DNA from: an uncultured Pseudanabaenaceae cyanobacterium
Lineage (GTDB): Bacteria; Cyanobacteriota; Cyanobacteriia; PCC-9006; JAAUQQ01
Direction of reading: 5' to 3'
Length of the DNA: 64,000 bases
Assembly: GCA_937949725.1 (NCBI GenBank)
Contig: CALECT010000032.1
Span: 576-64,575 of the forward strand
Shown here: piece by piece, positions 48,119 to 58,414 of the stretch
Layout: each line of letters begins with the position of its first letter
Numbering within the stretch: the stretch's first letter is position 1
The notes under the pieces: generated by a model
Told to the model about the DNA's origin: nothing
Seen by the model: the letters and a program-made list of their open reading frames with translations, nothing else
The model's database searches: none
Translations under genes and position numbers: made by a program

Positions 48119-48363
48119 GGAGTCAACCCTAACAAGCCACAAAAGGCCAAAGGTAGAGCGGCTTCATCTGAACTTTTTGTACTGCTGAAGACTGGATGAG
48201 TCAGCGGAAACTACGGGAACAGGAAGGCTAACTTAGGGTCAAGACATCAACAATTGCAAGTATTCCTACGGTGGTCACACCTAGGCCAGTTGATGATAGT
48301 TGCTCTAATTGACTTTGTCCTGAGCTGCTGCCAGTTGCCGCTTCTTCTTATTCAAAATCTGAA

Positions 48364-49494
48364 ATGGTATTTAACCAGCCCAGCCTCTCTGTTATTGTGC
48401 CAGTGCTTGATGGAGGAGAAGACTTCCGTCGGTGTTTACAGAGCATCCGCCAGGGAGATACCCAGCCCAGCGAATTAATTGTGGTGAACGACGGCAGCCG
48501 CGATGGCTCGGGTGATGTAGCCCGTCAGTTTGGCGCAAAGGTGGTTGATTTACCCCATGCCCATGGGCCTGCCTTTGCTCGAAACCGTGGCGCAAGTCTC
48601 GCCAAGGGTGAGATTTTATTTTTTGTTGATGCAGATGTCACGGTACAGCAGGGCACGCTACGTAAGGTTGCTCAAACGTTCCAGGAACAATCCCAAGTGG
48701 ATGCACTGATTGGCTCCTACGATGATCAGCCGGGCGCTGAGAACTTTACATCTCAGTACCGCAACTTACTTCACCATTACACCCATCAAGTATCTTCTAC
48801 AGAGGCTTCTACGTTCTGGGGAGCTTGTGGGGCAGTGCGTCGCTCAGTATTTCTATCGGTGGGTGGCTTCGACGAAGGCTACCGCGTTCCCTGTGTGGAG
48901 GATATCGAGCTGGGCTATCGCTTTAAGCGAGCAGGCTACTCTATTCGCTTGTGCAAGGGCATTCAGGTCAAGCATCTCAAGCGCTGGGAGCCTGTAAAGA
49001 TGATCAAGACGGATATCCTTTGCAGAGCATTGCCTTGGACTGAACTATTGCTCCGCGATCGCCAACCCATGAACGATCTAAACCTCAAGCGTGGTAATCA
49101 GTTCAGCGTTGTTTGTTCCTTTGTTTCCCTGTTGGGCTTGTTGACGCCTTTGGCTCCAACCTTATTTAGCACGATTTCTCTGCTAGCTCTGGCTGGAATA
49201 GTTGGGCTCAATCAGGACATCTACCGCTTTTTCTTGGCCCAGCGAGGCCCAGTCTTTACGCTGAAGTCCATGGCCTATCACTGGTTGTTCTACGTCTACA
49301 GCGGCCTAGCTTATGCTATCGGCCTGGCTAATCACCATCTCCAGCCTCGCCATGCCCGTCAGCAGCTGATGCCTTTGACAACGATCCCTGCTGACCTACG
49401 TCAGTCTGCACAGGTTCAAATAGGGCAGCATGTGACTCCATACGGCTCTAGCAGCAGCCCCAAAGCGATGCCCCAACTCACCTCTGTGAGCTAG
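48364..49494 (+). CDS. GT2 glycosyltransferase
   Basis: SVIVPV, NDGS, ARNRG, FVDAD, GGFDE and EDIELG motifs. Confidence 0.9.
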   Translation: MVFNQPSLSVIVPVLDGGEDFRRCLQSIRQGDTQPSELIVVNDGSRDGSGDVARQFGAKVVDLPHAHGPAFARNRGASLAKGEILFFVDADVTVQQGTLRKVAQTFQEQSQVDALIGSYDDQPGAENFTSQYRNLLHHYTHQVSSTEASTFWGACGAVRRSVFLSVGGFDEGYRVPCVEDIELGYRFKRAGYSIRLCKGIQVKHLKRWEPVKMIKTDILCRALPWTELLLRDRQPMNDLNLKRGNQFSVVCSFVSLLGLLTPLAPTLFSTISLLALAGIVGLNQDIYRFFLAQRGPVFTLKSMAYHWLFYVYSGLAYAIGLANHHLQPRHARQQLMPLTTIPADLRQSAQVQIGQHVTPYGSSSSPKAMPQLTSVS

Positions 49495-49716
49495 GAACTC
49501 AGTCCATCATGGCTGGATGGGAGCTTTAGACAGCGGCCCATGGGACCCTGAATATTCATGTTTATCCACGCCTTGGCAAACCAAGGCGTTTGTTTTTGGG
49601 CAAGGCAACCTAGGCTCAAGCAACAGACCCGTAGCATCAATAACCTCTCCCCTGCGGAGGTCCCCAATCATTGCCGCTGATAAGATCATCCCCATAGCCC
49701 CTCTGCCCCAGCCTGA

Positions 49717-50415
49717 ATGTCTCCTGACCAAATTGACCTGTTCAACGTTGCCGATACCGTCAATGCCCCCCCGGAAGACTTTGACCCGGCTTTGATTCCC
49801 ACCGATGCCAACATCCCCATTCCTGCGGGGACCTACAGCACTATGGAGGACTTAAAGGCTCCCTGTAATGGCTGCCATCGCTGTGGGTTAGGCACAACGC
49901 GAACCAATGCCGTCATAGGTCGAGGCAACCCTAAAGCAGACATTCTCGTCATTGGTGAAGGGCCAGGCCAAACCGAGGATGAGACAGGATTACCCTTCGT
50001 AGGCAAAGCAGGACAGCTGTTGGAGAAAATCCTTGCGGCGGTGAAGCTGGATACGGAAAAGGATGTCTACATCGCCAATATTGTTAAATGCCGACCTCCG
50101 GGCAACCGCAAGCCAACGGATAAGGAAATGAAGTCCTGTACGCCCTACTTGCTAGAGCAGGTTCGGATTATGGACCCTAAGATTGTTTTGCTCATGGGAG
50201 CCACTTCGGTTCAGGGCCTACTGGGGGAAAAGGCTGGCATTACGAAAATTCGAGGTCAGTGGCGCGAGTGGGAAGGTCGCCTTTGTATGCCCATGCTGCA
50301 CCCCGCCTATTTGCTGCGTAATCCCTCGCGTAAAGAAGGCAGTCCCAAATACCACACCTGGAAAGATATTCAGGCAGTGCGAGCAAAGTACGATGAGATT
50401 TGTCAGGGCGAGTAA
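49717..50415 (+). CDS. Family 4 uracil-DNA glycosylase (4Fe-4S)
   Basis: CxxC, GEGPG, PFVGKAG, KCRPP and HPAYLLR motifs. Confidence 0.93.
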   Translation: MSPDQIDLFNVADTVNAPPEDFDPALIPTDANIPIPAGTYSTMEDLKAPCNGCHRCGLGTTRTNAVIGRGNPKADILVIGEGPGQTEDETGLPFVGKAGQLLEKILAAVKLDTEKDVYIANIVKCRPPGNRKPTDKEMKSCTPYLLEQVRIMDPKIVLLMGATSVQGLLGEKAGITKIRGQWREWEGRLCMPMLHPAYLLRNPSRKEGSPKYHTWKDIQAVRAKYDEICQGE

Positions 50416-50494
50416 TTCTGGCCTAGGGGGCTCACCCCCATTGGTGTTAGAGATTAAGGCTGCTGACGACTGAACTATTGAGACCGCGATCGCT

Positions 50495-51019
50495 ATGGCT
50501 TCTGATCTCTACGTCAACTGGACCGATTATCACCGCCAGATTGAACAGCTTGCTGTGAATATTCATCAGTCTGGCTGGGAATTTAATCAAATTCTCTGCT
50601 TGGCGAAGGGCGGTTTACGCATTGGCGATATCCTGGCACGGCTATTTGACCAACCCCTAGCCATTCTCGCGGCTTCATCCTATGGCGGCAGTGATGGTCG
50701 CCAGCGTGGCTCCATTACCTTTTCTCATGACCTCACCATGACGACGGCAAATTTGGGCAGTCGCATCCTCGTTGTGGATGATCTCGTGGACTCCGGCATT
50801 ACCTTGCAAAAAAGTCTGGTCTGGCTGGATCGGAAATATGGGTTTTATGTTGATGAGGTGCGTACGGCGGTGCTGTGGCATAAAGCTAGCTCCGTGATTA
50901 AACCGGACTATGCGATCGAATATTTGGAAGACAATCCCTGGATCCATCAACCTTTTGAACAATACGAACTAACGTCAGCAGAGGCTTTGATGAAACGGGC
51001 AAATGGAAAGACGCCTTAG
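50495..51019 (+). CDS. Type I phosphoribosyltransferase (purine salvage-like)
   Basis: LAKGG and VVDDLVDSGIT PRPP motif. Confidence 0.9.
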   Translation: MASDLYVNWTDYHRQIEQLAVNIHQSGWEFNQILCLAKGGLRIGDILARLFDQPLAILAASSYGGSDGRQRGSITFSHDLTMTTANLGSRILVVDDLVDSGITLQKSLVWLDRKYGFYVDEVRTAVLWHKASSVIKPDYAIEYLEDNPWIHQPFEQYELTSAEALMKRANGKTP

Positions 51020-51176
51020 TTCAAAGACCTACAAGCTTTCTCACAAATCGCTGAGACTTTGCCAAGGCTTCTAGGGGGAGATCACCATCAAAATGTGAAA
51101 TCCTCTCGACCCTCCCCCAATTTTTATCCGGAGCGAGTACACTCCCCCTTAGTAAGCTGCATTTGCACTCCCTGGG

Positions 51177-52196
51177 GTGGACCCTATGTCGTCGAGCCGT
51201 ATGACCTCCAAACCTCGCCAGCCAATGGCGGGTCGAAATCGCCGCACCACAGGTCAGCGTCCTCCGGCAAATCGTCAGGTAAGATGGCAAAGCAGTCAGC
51301 CCTCAATGGGGCAGAACCCCTTCATGATGGACGATTTCGACGATATTCCCGTTGCTCTGCGAGAGGGCAACATTCCCAAAAAACGTAGCGCTTCAAAATG
51401 GCGCTGGGTTATTGTCGGCGGTACCTTGGCAGGGGCCGTTGGCCTGTCTATGGGCATTGCTGCTGCTGTCTTTAATGCCAATGTGTTGTCTTTCAGCCAG
51501 GCTCAGGCTGAATCTGATATAGACAGCGCGATCGCAGTCATGGGCGATGGCCCCCTCAATGGCGATCGCACCAACTCAAACTCAATCCTAACAACAGCAC
51601 CGGGAGGCTCAAACCAGGTTAACGAATCTTCTCCATCCAAGCCAGTGGGCGAAGATACGGCGCAGCAAACACTGCAACTCGATTCCCCTGACTCCGTTAA
51701 GACGATCCTGGGCCATTACCCCTTTGAAGAAGCCGCTAATACTCAGCTCACTGACATTGGCGGCGGCATACTGTTGAATAGTGCTACGGCCTCAGCCTTC
51801 AGGGAAATGCGGGCCGCAGCCCAGGCTGATGGAATTGACCTGGTTCCCCTCTCTGGCTTTCGTTCCGTAGAGGTTCAGCAAGATCTATTCTTTAACGTCA
51901 AAGCAGAGCGTGGCCAAACCGCGAGCGAGCGAGCCAAGGTCAGCGCCCCTCCGGGCCACAGTGAACACCACACGGGCTATGCCGTAGATATTGGCGATTC
52001 CAGGGACGCTTCCACCGACCTGAGCGAGCGGTTTGAAACGACAGCAGCCTTTGCCTGGCTGCAAAAGAATGCGCCTTACTTCAGCTTTGAACTGTCTTTT
52101 CCCAAGGGCAATGAACAGGGTGTCAACTACGAGCCCTGGCACTGGCGCTATGTAGGGGACCAGGCTAGCCTGGAGTTATTCCATCGGGATCGCTAA
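51177..52196 (+). CDS. D-alanyl-D-alanine carboxypeptidase (M15B/VanY) with membrane anchor
   Basis: SGFRS, SAPPGHSEHHTGYAVD and YEPWHWRY motifs. Confidence 0.92.
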   Translation: MDPMSSSRMTSKPRQPMAGRNRRTTGQRPPANRQVRWQSSQPSMGQNPFMMDDFDDIPVALREGNIPKKRSASKWRWVIVGGTLAGAVGLSMGIAAAVFNANVLSFSQAQAESDIDSAIAVMGDGPLNGDRTNSNSILTTAPGGSNQVNESSPSKPVGEDTAQQTLQLDSPDSVKTILGHYPFEEAANTQLTDIGGGILLNSATASAFREMRAAAQADGIDLVPLSGFRSVEVQQDLFFNVKAERGQTASERAKVSAPPGHSEHHTGYAVDIGDSRDASTDLSERFETTAAFAWLQKNAPYFSFELSFPKGNEQGVNYEPWHWRYVGDQASLELFHRDR

Positions 52197-52205
52197 ATCA
52201 CCTCC

Positions 52206-52922
52206 ATGAGCCAAACTGCTATTAATTTGCTGGCGGTCGTCATTTTTGTCATGACCTGCGGCTCTATCTTGGCTCCTGCCTTAGACGTTTCACTTTTTAT
52301 TCCAGCTGGACTTGCCTTTGCCGGCCTGAGTCTAGCTACGGTGGACCGGTTTGCTTTTAACAACATTGGCGTAACGCTATTAATTGACTGGGTTGCTCAG
52401 TTTTCTGAAGAACATCGTGATCGCGTTCTTCAGCATGAAGCGGGCCACTTCCTAGTCGCTTATTTATTGGGTATTCCAGTCACAGGCTATGCCCTCACCG
52501 CTTGGGAAGCATTGCAACAGGGTCATAATGCCCAGGGCGGCGTGCGCTTTGATGACCAAATCATTCAGGCTCAGATTGAAGAGGGGCAGCTCTCTACGCT
52601 ACTGGTGGAGCGCTACTGCCAGGTTTGGATGGCTGGGGGGGCTGCGGAGAAAGACGCTTTTGGGAATGTAGAAGGGGGTGTGGATGACGTGATGAAGGTG
52701 CGATCGCTCCTGCGCCAACTGCGAGTCCCCGGTGCCCAGCTAGAGCTGAAGGAGCGGACAGCAGCTCTCCAAGCCAAACAGGTCATGGAACGGAACCAAG
52801 AGGCTTACGAAGCGTTGAAACAATCCATGATGAAGCGAAAGCCGGTCCAAGACTGCATCGAAGCAGCCATCAACGCCGGCATGGAGAAACCCTCTGCCAT
52901 TCCAGCGATGGGTGCTAACTGA
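52206..52922 (+). CDS. M41-like Zn peptidase domain membrane protein
   Basis: RVLQHEAGHFLVAY and MAGGAAE motifs, without an AAA domain. Confidence 0.8.
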   Translation: MSQTAINLLAVVIFVMTCGSILAPALDVSLFIPAGLAFAGLSLATVDRFAFNNIGVTLLIDWVAQFSEEHRDRVLQHEAGHFLVAYLLGIPVTGYALTAWEALQQGHNAQGGVRFDDQIIQAQIEEGQLSTLLVERYCQVWMAGGAAEKDAFGNVEGGVDDVMKVRSLLRQLRVPGAQLELKERTAALQAKQVMERNQEAYEALKQSMMKRKPVQDCIEAAINAGMEKPSAIPAMGAN

Positions 52923-52957
52923 AATTCAAGTCCTTGCAAGTTTCACAAGTGCTGCTT

Positions 52958-53260
52958 TTACAGCAGTCGCTTAGCCATAAAGTCGACCTGAGGCTCTAGC
53001 GGATCGGTCACAAAAGCGACTCCAGCAAACCCCCAACGCTCCAGGGATGTTTTGAGCTGGGTGAGGCTGTGGGATTCGACAGCGAAGCGATCGCCCATAT
53101 CAGGCGCATGGGCGTTGAGATAACTCATCGCTTCAAAGTCTCTTTGAAACAGCAGTAAGTAGCGCTCTTGCTCGACAGGTTCCCCCTCTGAATTAGGCTG
53201 TCGAGCTGCCAAATATTGGCCATTTTGCCGCGATCGCAGCAGGTAGTAGAGCGCTGTCAT
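52958..53260 (-). CDS. Conserved cyanobacterial hypothetical protein
   Basis: YYLLRSR..GQYL...LLLF..DFEAMSYLNAH...RWGF.G pattern. Confidence 0.7.
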   Translation of the reverse strand: MTALYYLLRSRQNGQYLAARQPNSEGEPVEQERYLLLFQRDFEAMSYLNAHAPDMGDRFAVESHSLTQLKTSLERWGFAGVAFVTDPLEPQVDFMAKRLL

Positions 53261-53281
53261 AGTGACTGACGACCTAACGAG

Positions 53282-54253
53282 CTATTTGCTAGAAGTAGAC
53301 CCCAATACTGAAATCTGCTCCATGCCCTCGAAAAGAGGCGTGCTGAGGTATCGTTCACCAAAGCTAGGCTGAACCATGACAATGAGCTTACCTGCGTTCT
53401 CGGGACGCTGAGCAAGCTTTACAGCAGCACAGAGAGCAGCACCAGTGGAAATGCCTGAGAGGAGTCCCTCTTCACGAGCTAAGCGGCGACCAAAGGCGAT
53501 CGCTTCGTCATCGCTCACTGTAATCACTTCATCAATCAGGTCGGTATTCAGAACTTCGGGGACAAAGCCTGCACCAATACCTTGGATTTTATGGGGACCG
53601 GGATTACCCCCTGAAAGAACCGGGCTAGTCACCGGCTCCACAGCAATCGTTTTAAAGCCAGGCTTCTTCGCCTTCAATGTTTCGGAAGTGCCCGTGAGCG
53701 TCCCACCGGTGCCCACGCCAGACACTAGGAAATCCACTTTGCCGTCAGTATCCGCCCAAATCTCTTCACCTGTGGTTTCGCGGTGAATTTTGGGGTTAGC
53801 GGGATTGCGGAACTGTTGCAGCATGAAGGCACCTTCATGGGTGTCTGCAATTTCCTGGGCACGCTGAATGCAGCCCTTCATTCCCTCGCTACCAGGGGTC
53901 AGTTCCAGCTCAGCACCGTAAGCCTTGAGCATCGCCCGACGCTCCGAGCTCATGCTATCGGGCATGGTCAGTACCAGGCGATAGCCCTTCGCCGCCGCAG
54001 ACATGGCCAGACCAATGCCGGTATTACCAGAGGTGGGCTCCACTAGAATCGTTTTGCCGGGGGAAATTTGACCCGCCTTTTCCGCCTCTTCGATCATGCT
54101 GATGCCGATGCGGTCCTTCACAGAAGAGGAGGGGTTCATCCCCTCTAGCTTAACGACAATGTCAGCAACGCAGCCTTCAGCCTGGGGAATTCGGTTGAGG
54201 CGAACCAGAGGGGTGCGACCAATGAGCTGTGTGACATTATCGGCAATGCGCAT
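53282..54253 (-). CDS. cysK: Cysteine synthase A
   Basis: [25 protein letters not shown] and HKIQGIG motifs. Confidence 0.96.
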   Translation of the reverse strand: MRIADNVTQLIGRTPLVRLNRIPQAEGCVADIVVKLEGMNPSSSVKDRIGISMIEEAEKAGQISPGKTILVEPTSGNTGIGLAMSAAAKGYRLVLTMPDSMSSERRAMLKAYGAELELTPGSEGMKGCIQRAQEIADTHEGAFMLQQFRNPANPKIHRETTGEEIWADTDGKVDFLVSGVGTGGTLTGTSETLKAKKPGFKTIAVEPVTSPVLSGGNPGPHKIQGIGAGFVPEVLNTDLIDEVITVSDDEAIAFGRRLAREEGLLSGISTGAALCAAVKLAQRPENAGKLIVMVQPSFGERYLSTPLFEGMEQISVLGSTSSK

Positions 54254-54840
54254 GGCAGTTAATAAATGGGGAGCTTTAGTAGATGATGCGGGAGACCTTC
54301 TAAAGGAGAAGTCCCATACCTTCTAAGGTAAAACAATGGTGAGGCGGGCTTCAATGGTTCTTGTCTAGACAGGCAAAAGAGTTGACAATCTGTTGCGTTT
54401 GGAATTTGAGGTCGCATCAGACTTAGACAGGGTTTGGCAGGAAAAGTCGATAGCCTACAAACGGCCAAACTGTTGCAAACTGACACATTCCCATCGGTCT
54501 TTTGAGCAGTCTGAAAGCAACTTTCAAAGACTTCGACAAAAGATAGGCCAATAACTCTATCTTTTGGAGCGCGATAGCTACAGCCCTACTGGATTAGGAC
54601 ATTGTTGTACCGTTCACCGTTTGCCTAGTGTCGGTTTGGCTGCTTATGAATTTTCTAAGGAATGAAAAAATATCAATAAGACCTGCTGCATAGCAGATAT
54701 GGCATGCCATCTGTTTGTCGTTGTGGTGGGTCACTAACGGTTTTATTAAATTTCCGCTCCTCACTGGTGATATCGCCAAACTGCTCTGAGATAAGTTTGT
54801 TCAGTCAGGAGTCTGAATCTGAAATAGCTGTTTAAAGCAA

Positions 54841-54874
54841 ATAGCCCATGCCCAAATTTTTAGGCATGGGCTAT
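54841..54874 (-). terminator. Terminator-like hairpin downstream of the PP2C gene
   Basis: ATAGCCCATGCC...GGCATGGGCTAT 12-bp stem. Confidence 0.7.
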
Positions 54875-54928
54875 GAACAACCAGAAGAATCTAAGCCTTG
54901 AACAAAGACAGGCAAAATCAACTGGTTA

Positions 54929-55684
54929 CTATTCACTCTCTTGGATATCAGTCGCGATCGCGATGACCGTAATGTTATCTCGTCCGCCATTTTCCTTCGC
55001 AGACTCAATGAGTTTCGTTGTCACTTTCTCGCAGGCGCGGGTGCTCTTGAGCAGCTCAGCAATAATGTGGTCCGAAACCTCTTCGGTCAATCCATCACTG
55101 CAGAGCAAGAGTCGATCACCAGGGACAACCTCCAAGGGCTGAACACTCACTTCAGTCAGGTCTGGGCGACCCAAACATTGGGACAACACATGACGCCAGG
55201 GGTGAGTCTTGATTTGGTCCTGGGTAATCACGCCCATTTTGCTGGCCTTGTTAACCCAGGTATGGTCTTCGGTAACTTGATCCAGCTTTGCACCGCGCAG
55301 GCGATAGAGACGAGAATCCCCCACATGGGCGCACCACGGCTCGGGGACGGCATCACCATTCTTAGGACGGAAAACAATCACTACAGCAGTTGTCCCCATG
55401 TCAGAGCGTTGAGGATTATCCTGCTGATCTTGAATAATGCTTTGGTTTGCCTTGAGCAGAGCCTCCTCCAGCAACGCTTCTGAGGACTGATCAGTTTGCC
55501 AATGCTCCTCTAGGCAGCCACGCACGACTTCGGCAGCAAGCTTGCTAGCTTCCTCGCCACCCGCATGGCCTCCCATGCCGTCTGCCACAATAAAAAAGCG
55601 GCCTTCGGGGTCAATGTAATATGCGTCTTGATTAGCCGAGCGAACCAGCCCGGTATCAGTGGCGCCATCAAAATACAGCTTCAT
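54929..55684 (-). CDS. PP2C/PPM Ser/Thr protein phosphatase
   Basis: NQD, VADGMGGH, HVGDSRLY, LLCSDGL and GGRDNIT motifs. Confidence 0.94.
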   Translation of the reverse strand: MKLYFDGATDTGLVRSANQDAYYIDPEGRFFIVADGMGGHAGGEEASKLAAEVVRGCLEEHWQTDQSSEALLEEALLKANQSIIQDQQDNPQRSDMGTTAVVIVFRPKNGDAVPEPWCAHVGDSRLYRLRGAKLDQVTEDHTWVNKASKMGVITQDQIKTHPWRHVLSQCLGRPDLTEVSVQPLEVVPGDRLLLCSDGLTEEVSDHIIAELLKSTRACEKVTTKLIESAKENGGRDNITVIAIATDIQESE

Positions 55685-55727
55685 CGGCCTGCAATCCTTC
55701 CTCTATTCCCCAAGTGCCTAGTTTCGC

Positions 55728-57476
55728 CTAAATACGATCGTTTCGATTTAAGCGTAGTAGCAGACGCACGAATGCCAATGCCATTACCGCAGCTGCGAAG
55801 AACAGCATCACAGCAAGGGGCAGCTTATCATAGACAAACAATATCGTTCCCGAAAGTGTAAGGGAACCGAACAAAATTGCATAACTCGTACCCATCTGGA
55901 TACTGCCTAAGCGGCGCATGAGGCGATCGCTCTCAATGGAGCGAACCCGCACTCGCACATCCCCCTGTTCAAGCTTTTCCAGGGTTTCTTCAATGCGAGT
56001 GGGCAGGCCAAAGGCAGTGGAACCCACCTGGGCTGCTTGGCGACCAATTTGATCAAACAGACCGGGAGAATTAGGCGAGGTTTGACTCATAATATCCAGG
56101 GCAAATGGCTTGGCCACCTCCATAAAGTTAAATTCAGGGTCAAGACCCTTGCCAACGCCTTCTAGAGTTGAGAAGGCGCGCATGACAAAGGTGAAGGTTG
56201 CTGGAAACCGGAAAGGCTGACCGTAGGCAATTTCATACAGATCATCACTAATACTATCAACCGATTGATTCTCAAAGGGTTGGTCCATGAAGTTATCCAG
56301 CATGTACTGGATAGACCGGCGAACGGGACCCATATCACCAATGGGCTCTAGGGCGCCCACTTCAATCATGGCTTTCATCACCTGATTGCCATCTTTTTGG
56401 GCAACGCCAAAGAAAATGCCCAGGAGCTTGGAACGCATATCGGACTGAATTTGGCCCATCATGCCAAAGTCATAGAAAATCAGCGACCCATCGGGGCGAA
56501 CTGCAAGGTTGCCGGGGTGGGGATCTGCATGGAAGAGGCCGTAGTTGAGAATCTGGCGAAGGTAAGCTTCTGCCCCCAGCTTGGCCAAGCGCTTGCGGTC
56601 CAGGCCAGCAGCTTCCAGGGCTTCGTAATGGCTGATCTTGATGCCAGGCATATATTCCAGAGTCAGCACCCTGGGGGAGGAATAACGCCAGTACACCCGA
56701 GGAACCGCAACCCAGTCCTGCTCACGGAAATTGCGTCGGAAGGCATCGGCATTGCGGCCCTCATTGAGATAATCAATCTCTTCCCAGAGAATACGGCTGC
56801 ATTCGCCATAGATGCCCATCCAGTCCCTGCCTTTGCCCCATTTGGGGTGGCGCTGGAAGTAGCGAGCAATATTCTTAAGAATCTTGAGATCAATATCAAA
56901 CAGCTGCTTGAGGCCGTTGCGCTGGACCTTAACCACAACCTCTTCACCTGAATGAAGCTGGGCTTTATGGACTTGGCCCAAACTAGCAGCAGCTAGGGGC
57001 ATGGCCTCAACGGATTTGAATAAAGGACCTAAGGATTTCCCTAGATCCGCTTCAATGATCTCTTTAGCATCCTCAAAGGGAAAGGCCGGGACGCGATCCT
57101 GGAGCTTAGAGAGCTCTTCGACGTATTCCGTAGGGAAAAGGTCAGCGCGGGTGGAGAAGAGCTGGCCAAGTTTAATAAAGGTGGGGCCGAGGTCCAGGAA
57201 AGTTTCGCGAATCCAGACCGCACGCGATCGCCTTCGCCTCACCAAGTTCTCTTCGGTCATGCCCCCACGATAGGACCAAGCCTTGCCATCCATCCAGAGG
57301 CGGCGAGACAGTGTCAGCACAAAAGTCCAGATACGAGCTGCTCGGATCGTCGGGGAGTAGTTACCCCGATTCCAAGAATAGTCGCGCCCAGCCTCCAGAG
57401 AGTCTTGCTCAGCAGAGGACAACTCTGGGACGGTGCTCACGGGCACGATGGTGCTGTCAAGAACAGGAGGGGTCAT
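55728..57476 (-). CDS. ABC1/AarF/UbiB atypical kinase
   Basis: LGPTFIKLGQ, AAASLGQVH, VKVQR, FHADPHPGN and DFGM motifs. Confidence 0.94.
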   Translation of the reverse strand: MTPPVLDSTIVPVSTVPELSSAEQDSLEAGRDYSWNRGNYSPTIRAARIWTFVLTLSRRLWMDGKAWSYRGGMTEENLVRRRRSRAVWIRETFLDLGPTFIKLGQLFSTRADLFPTEYVEELSKLQDRVPAFPFEDAKEIIEADLGKSLGPLFKSVEAMPLAAASLGQVHKAQLHSGEEVVVKVQRNGLKQLFDIDLKILKNIARYFQRHPKWGKGRDWMGIYGECSRILWEEIDYLNEGRNADAFRRNFREQDWVAVPRVYWRYSSPRVLTLEYMPGIKISHYEALEAAGLDRKRLAKLGAEAYLRQILNYGLFHADPHPGNLAVRPDGSLIFYDFGMMGQIQSDMRSKLLGIFFGVAQKDGNQVMKAMIEVGALEPIGDMGPVRRSIQYMLDNFMDQPFENQSVDSISDDLYEIAYGQPFRFPATFTFVMRAFSTLEGVGKGLDPEFNFMEVAKPFALDIMSQTSPNSPGLFDQIGRQAAQVGSTAFGLPTRIEETLEKLEQGDVRVRVRSIESDRLMRRLGSIQMGTSYAILFGSLTLSGTILFVYDKLPLAVMLFFAAAVMALAFVRLLLRLNRNDRI

Positions 57477-57932
57477 GTGGACAGAGCAAGTACTGCTAGC
57501 CTGAGGGGAAAGAGGAGCGTGGGGCAGACTCGCTTTGCAAGATTACCTGGGTCAGTTCCAGAGGTAACTCAAGCTTTGGCAAGGGAGGCAATGGCTGGAA
57601 TGTTCAACTAGTCCACCTAAACAATCGTTGGATTGTGGATGTTTTAGAGGGAATCAGCACTATTAGCCCAGTTACGAATAGAAATGCATTGCTGCACCTC
57701 TATCGCGGACCTACAGTATAGAGCCATTTTAGCTGGGATCTCTCTGGGAGAATTGCAGTGCTCCTAAGTCGTGAATTCCCTAGGATTGAGGAATGAGGTC
57801 CGTTGCCAGATGCTCAAAGCAACTGGATGACCCAAGAAATGGCATCCCTTAAGGCGATTGGATTCAAATTAAAGTTCAACGAACCTGGACTTTCTTTTAA
57901 GACGTTGAGCCTTTGAATTCGCCGAGCACCAG

Positions 57933-58253
57933 CTAGTTGTTTTGATTCCGATGGGCTTGGAGCGTTGTCCGTAGCTGAGCAACTTCGGCTCTGAGTTCAT
58001 CAATCGTTTCTTGAAGGTCTATAGAAGAAACAGCTGTGCTTCCGCTAGCTGTTGTTGTGGAACCAGTTTGACTGGCGTCTTGCTGAGCACGAGCCTGAAC
58101 TTGCTCGGTGAAATTGCGAAAGTTTTCTCGCTGCTCAGCATCAAACTTACCAACCTCACTGAGGGCAGATGATACGGCGGCTTCGACCTGCTCATTGATG
58201 CCTTCAGCCAAAGCGCGACCCAGAAAAAAGGCATTAACGAGGGGATTTGTCAT
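57933..58253 (-). CDS. Conserved cyanobacterial coiled-coil protein upstream of the ABC1 kinase
   Basis: Probable start MTNPLVNAFFLGRA at 58253, with GKFDAEQRE and IDELRAEVAQLR motifs. Confidence 0.75.
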   Translation of the reverse strand: MTNPLVNAFFLGRALAEGINEQVEAAVSSALSEVGKFDAEQRENFRNFTEQVQARAQQDASQTGSTTTASGSTAVSSIDLQETIDELRAEVAQLRTTLQAHRNQNN

Positions 58254-58414
58254 GGAGAGCGTCCAAACGGTGGCAGTGGTCATTATAGCGAGGGATTGAG
58301 CGGGGAGCCTGGCTCTTTCTGGGGAGTTTGGTTCAAGGCCAAAACTCAGCCTCTTTGCCACCGTGAAGAGAAAGAAACCCGTTCGAACTTCAATACTGCG
58401 TTTTGTCCGACTTG

